Positions 36,785 to 44,840 of a stretch of 64,000 nucleotides of DNA are shown one piece after another. The notes under the pieces were generated by a model. The model saw only the letters and a list, made by a program, of their open reading frames with translations. It searched no databases and was not told the DNA's origin. Where the stretch lies: NCBI GenBank assembly GCA_963931545.1, contig OZ007025.1:740312-804311 (forward strand). The letters run 5' to 3'. Source of the DNA: an uncultured Bacilli bacterium (GTDB lineage Bacteria; Bacillota_I; Bacilli_A; RF39; UBA660). Every line of letters starts with the position of its first letter. Position 1 is the stretch's first letter. The position numbers and the translations under genes were made by a program.

Positions 36785-36815
36785 AAGGTATTGCCTAAAG
36801 TGACAATACCTTTTT
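36783..36815 (+). terminator. Rho-independent terminator of the LtaS-family gene
   Basis: Stem AAAAGGTATTG/CAATACCTTTT followed by a T-run. Confidence 0.8.
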
Positions 36816-36937
36816 ATATTACGAATTTTTTGGGGTTTCCAAACTTTTTCGTAATAGAATTATAAAGTAAGGGTAATAATCATATTATGTTATTTAAATA
36901 GAACATATATTCTTTTTGACATAATTTTACATTTCTC

Positions 36938-36966
36938 TTGACTTTAATAGGGTAGTTAGGTAAAAT
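36938..36966 (+). promoter_or_regulatory. Sigma-A-like promoter of the HTH gene
   Basis: TTGACT, 17-nt spacer, TAAAAT. A second TTGACA lies 22 nt upstream. Confidence 0.5.
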
Positions 36967-36990
36967 TAATAGTAGGAGGGTTACAGACAT

Positions 36991-37776
36991 ATGGAAAGAT
37001 TAAATGACATATTAAGAGAACTTGGTATTTCTAAAGTGAAGTTAGCTAAATGTCTAGGAGTTTCTAGGCAGATGATTTATAATTATTTGGAGTTAGATGA
37101 TATTAATAAATGGCCAAAGGATAAAAAAGTTATTTTATTAAATATTCTTGGAATTAAATCTGCGGATGAACTTTATAATATTAAAGTTGATACAGATTAT
37201 ATTATGGATGTCGAAACTAGAATTAATAGTTTATTTGAAAATTCTAGTAAAAGTGAACTTGGCGAAGGAAATGTTATTTTTTCTGGTTTAGATGAAACAA
37301 GAAAAGAACTTTTGCACAATGTAATCGACGAAATAAAGGAACGTTTAGATGATGAGAAAGATGAAGATGGATATAATTCAATTCTTTATTTATATCATTA
37401 TTTACAGACAATGCCTAGTATGAAGGAATTAAAATATATTTTAGCTTATGTATCTAAGGTTGGTGGATATACAAAACCATATGAATTTGCTTTTGATGAA
37501 ACAGAACAATTTGTATTTGAAAGTATTTTGTTTTCAGCTTTTAATTTATATCATGCAGGAACATCTAGTAAAACTAGAATAGCGGAAACACATAAGAGAT
37601 TTGTTTCCCAAATTGAACATAAATTAGAAGATAAAATGAGTAGAACATTAGAAATGAATACATTAAAAATACAAGCAATGAAGGAATTAGGATTAACAGA
37701 AGTTAATGATGAAAATGTTGCTGAATTAATGTACAAAATTGATGAAATTCAAGCTCGTAAAGCTAGAGGAAATTAA
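36991..37776 (+). CDS. XRE-like HTH protein with an uncharacterised 190-aa C-terminal domain
   Basis: 261 aa. AGGAGGG RBS. N-terminal HTH LGISKVKLAKCLGVSRQMIYNYL. Confidence 0.6.
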   Translation: MERLNDILRELGISKVKLAKCLGVSRQMIYNYLELDDINKWPKDKKVILLNILGIKSADELYNIKVDTDYIMDVETRINSLFENSSKSELGEGNVIFSGLDETRKELLHNVIDEIKERLDDEKDEDGYNSILYLYHYLQTMPSMKELKYILAYVSKVGGYTKPYEFAFDETEQFVFESILFSAFNLYHAGTSSKTRIAETHKRFVSQIEHKLEDKMSRTLEMNTLKIQAMKELGLTEVNDENVAELMYKIDEIQARKARGN

Positions 37777-37801
37777 TCCGATAATATATGTTATGTTAAC
37801 T
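37774..37801. other. dif: Candidate XerCD dif recombination site (chromosome dimer resolution)
   Basis: TAATCCGATAA-TATATG-TTATGTTAACT. Matches dif sequences recalled from memory at 21/28 (B. subtilis) and 19/28 (E. coli), with 10/11 in the XerD arm of both. Sits at the + to - gene-orientation switch. Confidence 0.6.
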
Positions 37802-37819
37802 TGTATATAAAAGAAAAAT

Positions 37820-37853
37820 GGGTAGTATTTCTAATACTGATACTACTCTTTTA
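37820..37853 (+). terminator. Terminator of the HTH gene
   Basis: Stem GGGTAGTA/TACTACTC (one G-U pair) followed by TTTT. Confidence 0.5.
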
Positions 37854-38348
37854 TAATATTGGTTTATTTTATATTGTTTTTTTTGCTATTATTTTCTGTT
37901 TTGAATCTATTAAACCAGATGAAGATGTTAATAATAATAATACTTACTTATATTCTTAAAAATTTCTAACCAATGGTGAATATAACTTTTTAACTAAATT
38001 TATTTCCCTGGAAAATGAATTACATGTTTATATTTAGCTTCAGTTATTGAAAAAATGTCAAATATAGATATAATACTGGATTATTTAGAAACATTGACTT
38101 TGGTATTTTTAATGTAGACTTATAGTAATTTGTTATTAATTAAATTAAGGGATAAATCACATAATAATTTTAATAGGAAAAATATGATATTAAAGTTTAT
38201 GATATATGTTAAAGTATGAATTAAATTAATAACTTTTTTTACACGATATTTTAATGAAAAAGAGTATGTAAAGGGTAGTATAAGTTAAGAAATTAAAATA
38301 TCTTTTAATAATTTTTAGCACTCCCCTACCCTTATTTTATAAGGATTT

Positions 38349-39092
38349 TTAGCTTAACACGTGATTGACATACATAAATACAATTCCAATCAGAAAACTT
38401 AATACAGTTTTCTTTTTTTCTTTATACTTTAATGCTTCAGGTAATAATTCAATTATAGAAATATAAGTCATAATACCAGCAATAATAGCAAATAAACCAC
38501 CCATAATAGTATTATTAATAATTGGTTTTAGAAAAAGACATGCTAAAATGGCTCCTAGTGGCTCTGACATACCAGAAAGAAATGTTAAACCGATAGCTTT
38601 TTTCTTATTATTAGTTGCATAATATACTGGCATAGCTATACTAATACCTTCTGGAATATTATGCATAGCAATAGCAATAGTGATAGATATTCCGAGTTTT
38701 ATGTTTGTTTCAGATGATATATAAGTCGCAATACCTTCTGGTATATTATGAATAATTATTGCAATCATTGTAAATATACCTAATTTGTACAATTTGTTTG
38801 TATGGTTTAATTTCTTTGGTAAAATTTTATCTATTAATAAAGGAATCGTTAATCCAATAATAATAAATAAAGTTATATTTAAATAAATAGAATTTTTACT
38901 ATTACCTTGAAACATGGTTAGGCTTTCTGGAATTAAATCAAATATAGATACACTAAGCATTACTCCAGAAGCGAAAGCTAAAGCACATTTAATTATATTA
39001 TCTTTATTCCCTTTAATAAATATAAATAAAGAACCAATTAAAGTAGAAAGCCCTGCAACTATACATAATAAAAAAGGTAATAATTCATTCAT
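38349..39092 (-). CDS. ZIP-family divalent metal (zinc) transporter
   Basis: 247 aa. Duplicated HNIPEGIA/HNIPEGIS motifs. GGTGAGGAG RBS. Confidence 0.8.
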   Translation of the reverse strand: MNELLPFLLCIVAGLSTLIGSLFIFIKGNKDNIIKCALAFASGVMLSVSIFDLIPESLTMFQGNSKNSIYLNITLFIIIGLTIPLLIDKILPKKLNHTNKLYKLGIFTMIAIIIHNIPEGIATYISSETNIKLGISITIAIAMHNIPEGISIAMPVYYATNNKKKAIGLTFLSGMSEPLGAILACLFLKPIINNTIMGGLFAIIAGIMTYISIIELLPEALKYKEKKKTVLSFLIGIVFMYVNHVLS

Positions 39093-39143
39093 TACTCCTC
39101 ACCTATTTAAATAAATGTTAATAGTTAAAAAAATATACTAAAA

Positions 39144-39464
39144 TTGGAAGTTGATAATATAATTTCATTAAATAAAGCGTGCAAATTATTAGGATTATCA
39201 ATAGATGAATATAACACCGAAGATAATTATTACAGATACTAATTCATAACTGATTTAAATAATGCTGATATTTTAGATAAATTTGTTACGCTTGATAATG
39301 TTTATATAAATGATATGGTTAAAAATGATGAAATTAACTAGGATGTTGGAGATGAAGCGATTAATGCCAGTTTATTTTTAAAAAATTATAATTGTACAAG
39401 AATATCAAAAGAAGAAATTGGCAAAGTTATTCCTTCATTAGAAAAAGATTCAGTAATTTCCTGA
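39144..39464 (+). pseudogene. Decayed small ORF (HTH-like N-terminus) with two in-frame stops
   Basis: One frame of 106 codons has only two internal stops (TAA at 39240-39242, TAG at 39339-39341). It reads LEVDNIISLNKACKLLGLSIDEY...*...*...KEEIGKVIPSLEKDSVIS. Confidence 0.4.
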
Positions 39465-39470
39465 ATCTTT
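39444..39470. terminator. Hairpin downstream of the ArsP_2-like gene
   Basis: Perfect 10-bp stem AAAGATTCAG/CTGAATCTTT. Confidence 0.5.
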
Positions 39471-39477
39471 TATAATT

Positions 39478-40311
39478 CTATACTCCAAATATTTTTAATA
39501 GTAATCCTGTAATTATACTTATTAAATATAATATACCTACTATTTTAGTGTTTTCTTTAATGTTTTTGTTTGATTTAAATAAAACTAGTAGAGCAACACC
39601 ACTATTAGTTAAAAGTCCAGCTAAAGCAGATGAAAGTGGCAAAATATTAGCTATATATAACTCGGTTAGAATTATACTAGAACCACAGTTAGGAATTAAC
39701 CCAATTAAAGCTGCTATTAATGGTGTAAATAAATTAGTTTTATCAAATATATGTTTAATATTATCTTCGCCTATATAATGAAACGCAAAATTTAAAACAA
39801 ATGTAATAATAAATATAAATATTAAAGTTTTAAGTGTATGCTTTATAGCAGGAATAAAGATTCCATGTTCACAATCACAGTGGTCGTGCTCACAAATATC
39901 AAAATGTTCTTTAGGCTCTTCTTTTCTAATTATTAAATCAATTACAAATCCACAAATTAATCCAATTAATACCTTTAAACCAACTAATAATAATATACTA
40001 CTTAAACTAGCTTTTTCAGCTATTAATATTGGAAGCATTTCATCACTAGTTGATAGATAAATTGCCATAAGGGTTCCTAAGCTAATTATTTTAGTTATAT
40101 ATAAATTTGTTGCTAATACCGAAAATCCACATTGTGGTAAAGCTCCAAGTAAACTACCAATTAAAGGTCCAAATTTACCAGCTTTTTTAATAGTATTTTC
40201 AGTTTTATGCGACAGTTTATGTTCAAAAAACTCTATGATTAAAAAAGCAATAAATAAAAATGGCAAAACCTTTAAAGAATCTAAAATTGTATCTAAAATT
40301 ATTTCTTTCAT
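39478..40311 (-). CDS. ArsP_2-like putative heavy-metal/manganese permease with a His/Cys-rich loop
   Basis: 277 aa, about 8-10 TM helices. Motifs GALPQCGFSV and IPNCGSS. Central loop is HFDICEHDHCDCEHG. Confidence 0.5.
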   Translation of the reverse strand: MKEIILDTILDSLKVLPFLFIAFLIIEFFEHKLSHKTENTIKKAGKFGPLIGSLLGALPQCGFSVLATNLYITKIISLGTLMAIYLSTSDEMLPILIAEKASLSSILLLVGLKVLIGLICGFVIDLIIRKEEPKEHFDICEHDHCDCEHGIFIPAIKHTLKTLIFIFIITFVLNFAFHYIGEDNIKHIFDKTNLFTPLIAALIGLIPNCGSSIILTELYIANILPLSSALAGLLTNSGVALLVLFKSNKNIKENTKIVGILYLISIITGLLLKIFGV

Positions 40312-40351
40312 AATGTTCTCCTTTTCTATAAACTTTTAATATTATAGCATT

Positions 40352-41227
40352 TTATTTTCCATGTGGATGAAATTCTTCATAATTTTTTTGTAATCTTTCA
40401 CTAGTAATATGAGTGTATATTTGTGTAGTTGATATATCACTATGCCCAAGTAATTCTTGAATACTTCTTAAATCGGCTCCATATTTTAGCAAATGAGTTG
40501 CGAAAGAATGCCTTAAAGTGTGTGGCGAAAAATCAGTTTTAATGTTATTTTCTAAGGCTATTTTTTTTAATATTTTAAAAAAACCTTGTCTAGTCATCTT
40601 ATTGCCATGATTATTTAAAAATAAATAATTATTTTCTCCATGTTTAAATAAAGTTGCTCTATGATATAAAATATAATTTTTTAAAGCTTCGGATGCATAA
40701 TTGTTTAAAGGAACAATCCTTTCTTTAGAACCCTTACCAAAAATTCTAACAGTAGAGTTCATTAAATCAATGTCATTGACATTTAAATTTATAAGTTCAC
40801 TAACTCTAAGCCCACTACTATACATAAGTTCAAACATAGCTTTATTTCTATAATCATAGTCAGTATTTAAATTAATATCTAATAATTTATTAACTTCTTC
40901 TTCTGATAAAACTTTAGGTAACTTTTGCCTTTTTTTAGGGTTAGTAATAGTAAAGATAGGGTTATTTTTACAATATTTATTTATTTCTAAAAATTTATAA
41001 AAACTTTTTAAAGTACTTATATTTCTTGAAACACTTGAACTATTTTCTTCTTTGGAAATATATTGAATATATGCTTGAATATCATTTTTGGATAGTGTTT
41101 TAAAATTTTTTTTTATGTACTTATCTACCTTAGATAAATCTCTTTTATATGAGGAAATTGTATTTTCGCTATATTTTTTTTCGAATCTTAAATAATCGGT
41201 AAATTTGTTTATTAAATTTTCATTCAT
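40352..41227 (-). CDS. XerC/XerD-family tyrosine recombinase
   Basis: 291 aa. Motifs SGLRVSEL and HTLRHSFATHLLKYGADLRSIQELLGHSDISTTQIYTH. Confidence 0.8.
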   Translation of the reverse strand: MNENLINKFTDYLRFEKKYSENTISSYKRDLSKVDKYIKKNFKTLSKNDIQAYIQYISKEENSSSVSRNISTLKSFYKFLEINKYCKNNPIFTITNPKKRQKLPKVLSEEEVNKLLDINLNTDYDYRNKAMFELMYSSGLRVSELINLNVNDIDLMNSTVRIFGKGSKERIVPLNNYASEALKNYILYHRATLFKHGENNYLFLNNHGNKMTRQGFFKILKKIALENNIKTDFSPHTLRHSFATHLLKYGADLRSIQELLGHSDISTTQIYTHITSERLQKNYEEFHPHGK

Positions 41228-41315
41228 TTCTTAACTCACCTATAATAATTTTATCAAAAAAATGTTAAAAAAAAAAGAACTAAGCATGATATAATAATTA
41301 GTGGATGTGATATAT

Positions 41316-42515
41316 ATGAGACCACTTGCTGATAGTTTAAGGCCTAATAAATTAGATGATGTTATTGGCCAAAAACATTTAATAGGTAAAGATAAAGTTT
41401 TATATAATCTTATTAAACATGGTAAAATATTTTCAATGATTTTATATGGTCCTTGTGGGACTGGTAAAACGACTTTAGCTTATACTTTAGTAAATGAACT
41501 AAATTTAAAATGTGAATTTTTAAATGCTGTTATTAATAGTAAAAAAGATTTAGATTTAGTTATTGAGAAAGCTAAAGTTAATGATGGTATCATTTTAATT
41601 ATGGATGAAATACATAGATTAAACAAGGATAAACAGGATTTATTACTCCCCTACTTAGAAAATGGTTTAATTACTATAATTGGCTTAACGACTGCTAATC
41701 CATATCATTCAATTAATCCTGCTATTAGAAGTAGATGTCAACTATTTGAGGTTAAAGCATTAACGGATAATGATATTGAATATGCCTTGAATAAAGCTAC
41801 TAATTATCTAGATAAAATAAATATTACTGATGAAGCTATATCTTATATAGCAAGATTAGCTAATGGCGATTTAAGATATGCTTATAATTTGTTAGAAGTT
41901 GCTTATTATTCTTCAGAAAATTTTAAAATATCTTTAGAAGATTTAAAAAAAATAAATAATAAACCAAGCTTATATATAGATAAAAATGATGATGGATATT
42001 ATGATGTTATTAGTGCTTTACAAAAATCTATTAGAGGTAGTGATGTTAATGCGGCATTACATTATTTAGCTAGATTAATAGTTGCGGAAGATTTAGATAT
42101 TATATTTAGAAGGTTATCTGTCATAGCTTATGAAGATATTGGACTAGCTAACCCAGCTATTGGTCCTAGATTAGAGGCGGCCATTAATGCAGCTGAAAGA
42201 GTTGGACTTCCAGAAGCTAGAATTCCTTTAGGCGAAATTGTCATAGATATGGCTTTATCTCCTAAATCAAATAGTGCGCACGTGGCTTTAGATATGGCTA
42301 TTAATGATGTTAAAATGGGACATGTAGGTAAAGTGCCAAGTCATATTAAAACTAATTCTAAAGATTATAAATATCCCCATAATTATAAAGGAGGATATAT
42401 TAAACAGCAATATTTACCTGATGAATTGAAAGAAAGAAGATATTATAATCCTAAAACTACCAGTAAATATGAAATGAACTTAAAAAACATTTACGATAAA
42501 ATTAATAATTTGTAA
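41316..42515 (+). CDS. rarA: Replication-associated recombination protein A (AAA+ ATPase)
   Basis: ATG at 41316 gives MRPLADSLRPNKLDDVIGQ. Walker A is GPCGTGKTT. The track GTG start at 41301 is less likely. Confidence 0.85.
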   Translation: MRPLADSLRPNKLDDVIGQKHLIGKDKVLYNLIKHGKIFSMILYGPCGTGKTTLAYTLVNELNLKCEFLNAVINSKKDLDLVIEKAKVNDGIILIMDEIHRLNKDKQDLLLPYLENGLITIIGLTTANPYHSINPAIRSRCQLFEVKALTDNDIEYALNKATNYLDKINITDEAISYIARLANGDLRYAYNLLEVAYYSSENFKISLEDLKKINNKPSLYIDKNDDGYYDVISALQKSIRGSDVNAALHYLARLIVAEDLDIIFRRLSVIAYEDIGLANPAIGPRLEAAINAAERVGLPEARIPLGEIVIDMALSPKSNSAHVALDMAINDVKMGHVGKVPSHIKTNSKDYKYPHNYKGGYIKQQYLPDELKERRYYNPKTTSKYEMNLKNIYDKINNL

Positions 42516-43026
42516 ATGTTTTTATTTTGTTAAATTCTTTACATTTTGCTTCTAATAATATGTAATTACAGCATCTATCTTTTACGTTATTTGGTAATTT
42601 GTTTTTTTGATATAGTTCATATAATAATTTTGATTTTTGATATATATCTTTTTTGTGCGTTGTTAACCATCTTAGTTGGTTTCTAAGTAAATCAATTCTA
42701 AATTTTTCTTGTTTATTGATTGGTTTATCATTTAAATCAAACACAATATAATTTTCTTGAGTCACAGGAATCATATTATTAAAATTTACTACTCCATATT
42801 CCCCATTATTAATTTTTAATAAGTCAATAGTATTTTTTAACTTTTTATGTTTTTCTTTGGGACTGGATAGTGGAGCAAAATATTCGCATTTGTCTATTTT
42901 AAACAATATTCCGACAAATGGTCTAAGTTCTTTATTACCAGCATTATACACCACTCTATTATCAAATTTTCTTAAATAATCACAATAATTAGAATTAACT
43001 TTTACAATTTTAATTTTTTTATACAT
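42502..43026 (-). CDS. toxN: Type III toxin-antitoxin system toxin, ToxN/AbiQ-family endoribonuclease
   Basis: 174 aa. AGGAGG RBS. Family-like N-terminal half: YLRKFDNRV...RPFVGILFKIDKCEYFAPLSSPKEKHKKL. Preceded by a tandem repeat array and a terminator. Confidence 0.75.
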   Translation of the reverse strand: MYKKIKIVKVNSNYCDYLRKFDNRVVYNAGNKELRPFVGILFKIDKCEYFAPLSSPKEKHKKLKNTIDLLKINNGEYGVVNFNNMIPVTQENYIVFDLNDKPINKQEKFRIDLLRNQLRWLTTHKKDIYQKSKLLYELYQKNKLPNNVKDRCCNYILLEAKCKEFNKIKTFTNY

Positions 43027-43093
43027 CAGTTACCTCCTTTTTTGTTAAGTCAAATATATCACAAACAAATGTATTTGTAGATAAAAATCAAAA

Positions 43094-43117
43094 AGATTAG
43101 AGTATGCTCTCTAATCT
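43094..43117 (-). terminator. Internal (attenuating) terminator between the antitoxin repeats and toxN
   Basis: Stem AGATTAGAG/CTCTAATCT with a 6-nt loop, followed by UUUUGAUUUUU on the - strand. Confidence 0.7.
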
Positions 43118-43119
43118 TC

Positions 43120-43235
43120 TTTTTTAGCTGCCATTTATAGAGCTGGCTTCACTCACTTTTTTAGCTGCCATTTATAGAGCTGGCTTCACTCACTTTTTTA
43201 GCTGCCATTTATAGGCTGGCTTCACCTGCTTTTTT
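43120..43235 (-). ncRNA. toxI: ToxI/AntiQ-like antitoxin RNA repeat array (3 units of 37, 37 and 36 nt, plus a degenerate partial unit extending to ~43251)
   Basis: Units 43120-43156 and 43157-43193 are identical. Unit 43194-43229 has a few changes. The transcribed-strand unit is GTGAGTGAAGCCAGCTCTATAAATGGCAGCTAAAAAA. There is no ORF. Confidence 0.7.
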
Positions 43236-43313
43236 AATCGCTATATTTGAGTAACCATACTGGTTATTCAGTATGACTACAAACTTCATTTTTTGAAGTG
43301 TTATAGCATTATT

Positions 43314-43349
43314 ATTATATGCATAAATGAATATAATAAATCATTTATG
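43314..43349 (-). promoter_or_regulatory. Possible promoter/operator of the type III TA locus
   Basis: TATAAT on the - strand (43319-43314) with a poor -35. Perfect 9-bp inverted repeat CATAAATGA-N10-TCATTTATG at 43322-43349, which could alternatively be the holA terminator. Confidence 0.3.
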
Positions 43350-43382
43350 TGAATATAATATAACACATTTTAATAAAAATGT

Positions 43383-44303
43383 CTACTTTAGTATAAAAAG
43401 TTCTAGGGCTAAATCTTTATTTAAAGTACCTGTTTTGATGCCAATATCAATATTTGCTAAATCATTTAAATATTTAAGTAAAGTTTCAGATGTGTAGTTT
43501 CGGCCATTTTGAATAGCTAATTTTACTCTATAAGGATGAATTTTTAAAATACTGGCTATATCTTTTTCACTATATCCTTTTTTAAATAATTCTTTAGCTT
43601 GATACATTATTCTAAATTGATTTGCTAAAATGACTACTATTTTTATGGGCTCTTCGTTCATTTTAAGCATTTCATAATAAAGCTCTAAAGCTCTTTCTTT
43701 ATCTTTTTTTACTATATAATCAATTAATTTAAATATATCTATTTCGATTAATTTGATAGTTAAATTTAATATATCTTCATCAGTAATGTTTTTATCATTT
43801 CCCTTATATATTTTAATTTTATTAATCTCATTTTGAATAATTAATGGGTTATTTCCAATTCTATCTATAAAAAGATTAATTGTTTTGTAATCTATATTAT
43901 ATCCTTTAAACAATTTTCTAACTAGACTAATGGTATCTAATTCATCATTATATTCTAATACTTTACCTTTCTCTTTAATTAATTTTGTTATTTTTTTTCT
44001 AGTATCTAATTTGTCATTATGAACAATAAATATTAATGTAGTATTTTCATTAATGTTATCTAAATATTTTTGAACTATTTCACTATCCTTAGAAGTGGAA
44101 CCTGTAAACATATCCGCATTCTCAATGATAACTACTTTTTTATCTTCAAAAAGTGATAAGGTTTGTGCATCTTCAATAGCAAGTGATAATAAATCATTAT
44201 TTAAATCATATCTACTAATATTCATTTCATCTATATTTTTGCATATCTTTTTAATTTCTTCGTTAATTTGAAATTCTTTTGTTCCATATAACAAATATAC
44301 CAT
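43383..44303 (-). CDS. holA: DNA polymerase III delta subunit
   Basis: 306 aa. N-terminus VYLLYGTKEFQINEEIKKI and overall HolA-like layout. Confidence 0.7.
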   Translation of the reverse strand: MVYLLYGTKEFQINEEIKKICKNIDEMNISRYDLNNDLLSLAIEDAQTLSLFEDKKVVIIENADMFTGSTSKDSEIVQKYLDNINENTTLIFIVHNDKLDTRKKITKLIKEKGKVLEYNDELDTISLVRKLFKGYNIDYKTINLFIDRIGNNPLIIQNEINKIKIYKGNDKNITDEDILNLTIKLIEIDIFKLIDYIVKKDKERALELYYEMLKMNEEPIKIVVILANQFRIMYQAKELFKKGYSEKDIASILKIHPYRVKLAIQNGRNYTSETLLKYLNDLANIDIGIKTGTLNKDLALELFILK

Positions 44304-44335
44304 AAAATCACCTATATCAAGTATATCATATTTAA

Positions 44336-44355
44336 AAACACCTTTAAAGGTGTTT
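44336..44355 (-). terminator. Hairpin at the end of the small membrane-protein gene
   Basis: Perfect palindrome AAACACCTTT/AAAGGTGTTT overlapping the stop. The U-tract is weak. Confidence 0.4.
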
Positions 44356-44785
44356 AATTATTGAAAAATTCATCATTTGCTTTAGTTATTTCTTCATATT
44401 TGTTATTTAAGTTGTTTGTTTTTAATCTACCATATTTTCTTATGCCAAAGATAAGTACAGCTACAAAAGCCCCTGCAAATACAGCTCCTAAAATTATTTG
44501 AAGTATATTTGGTAAAGATAAAATTATTGTTGTTTTATCAAATGTTAATGTTAAAGTTCCAGATAATACAAATAGTGCGACTAAACCATAACCAGCATCT
44601 TTATTAAATGTTAAACGGCCTAATAAATATATATTGGCAAAAGGTATCCATGCCATAACTGATGGCTCTCCATATAATTTTTTGTTGAATTTGTTTAAAA
44701 ATATTGCTAAAGCGGCATAACAAGCAACAACTATTAAAATAACAAAAATCATAAAGAAATAAAAAAATCCTGATATTTCTTCCAT
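44354..44785 (-). CDS. Hypothetical 4-TM membrane protein
   Basis: 143 aa. GGGGAGGA RBS. No recognisable motif. Confidence 0.5.
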   Translation of the reverse strand: MEEISGFFYFFMIFVILIVVACYAALAIFLNKFNKKLYGEPSVMAWIPFANIYLLGRLTFNKDAGYGLVALFVLSGTLTLTFDKTTIILSLPNILQIILGAVFAGAFVAVLIFGIRKYGRLKTNNLNNKYEEITKANDEFFNN

Positions 44786-44840
44786 AAAAATCCTCCCCTA
44801 TTATTCTTTTGGTTATTTTAACCTTAATATCATTTTACCA

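Noticed and set aside
36818-36855. Inverted repeat ATTACGAA...TTCGTAAT as a Zur box
   Set aside because: As I recall it, the B. subtilis Zur box is TCGTAAT-N-ATTACGA. Here the arms are in the opposite order and 22 nt apart, and no metal gene follows. It remains an unexplained hairpin upstream of the HTH gene.
37801-37959. 52-codon TTG-start hydrophobic ORF after the dif-like site
   Set aside because: There is no RBS, and the hydrophobicity is explained by T-rich DNA. It also overlaps the HTH gene terminator.
38185-38220. Second dif-like sequence (shares TGATATATGTTA with the dif core)
   Set aside because: When aligned as an 11-6-11 site, only about 5/11 positions match in each arm. It is more likely an AT-rich coincidence or an unrelated short repeat.
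40352-41227. Tyrosine recombinase as a marker of a prophage or integrative element
   Set aside because: Its size and motifs fit housekeeping XerC/XerD. No phage, conjugation or IS genes flank it, and a dif-like site lies nearby.
43120-43235. Tandem 37-nt repeats considered as a CRISPR array
   Set aside because: The units are directly contiguous with no spacers and there are no cas genes. Their position upstream of a ToxN/AbiQ-like gene with an intervening terminator fits a type III antitoxin RNA instead.
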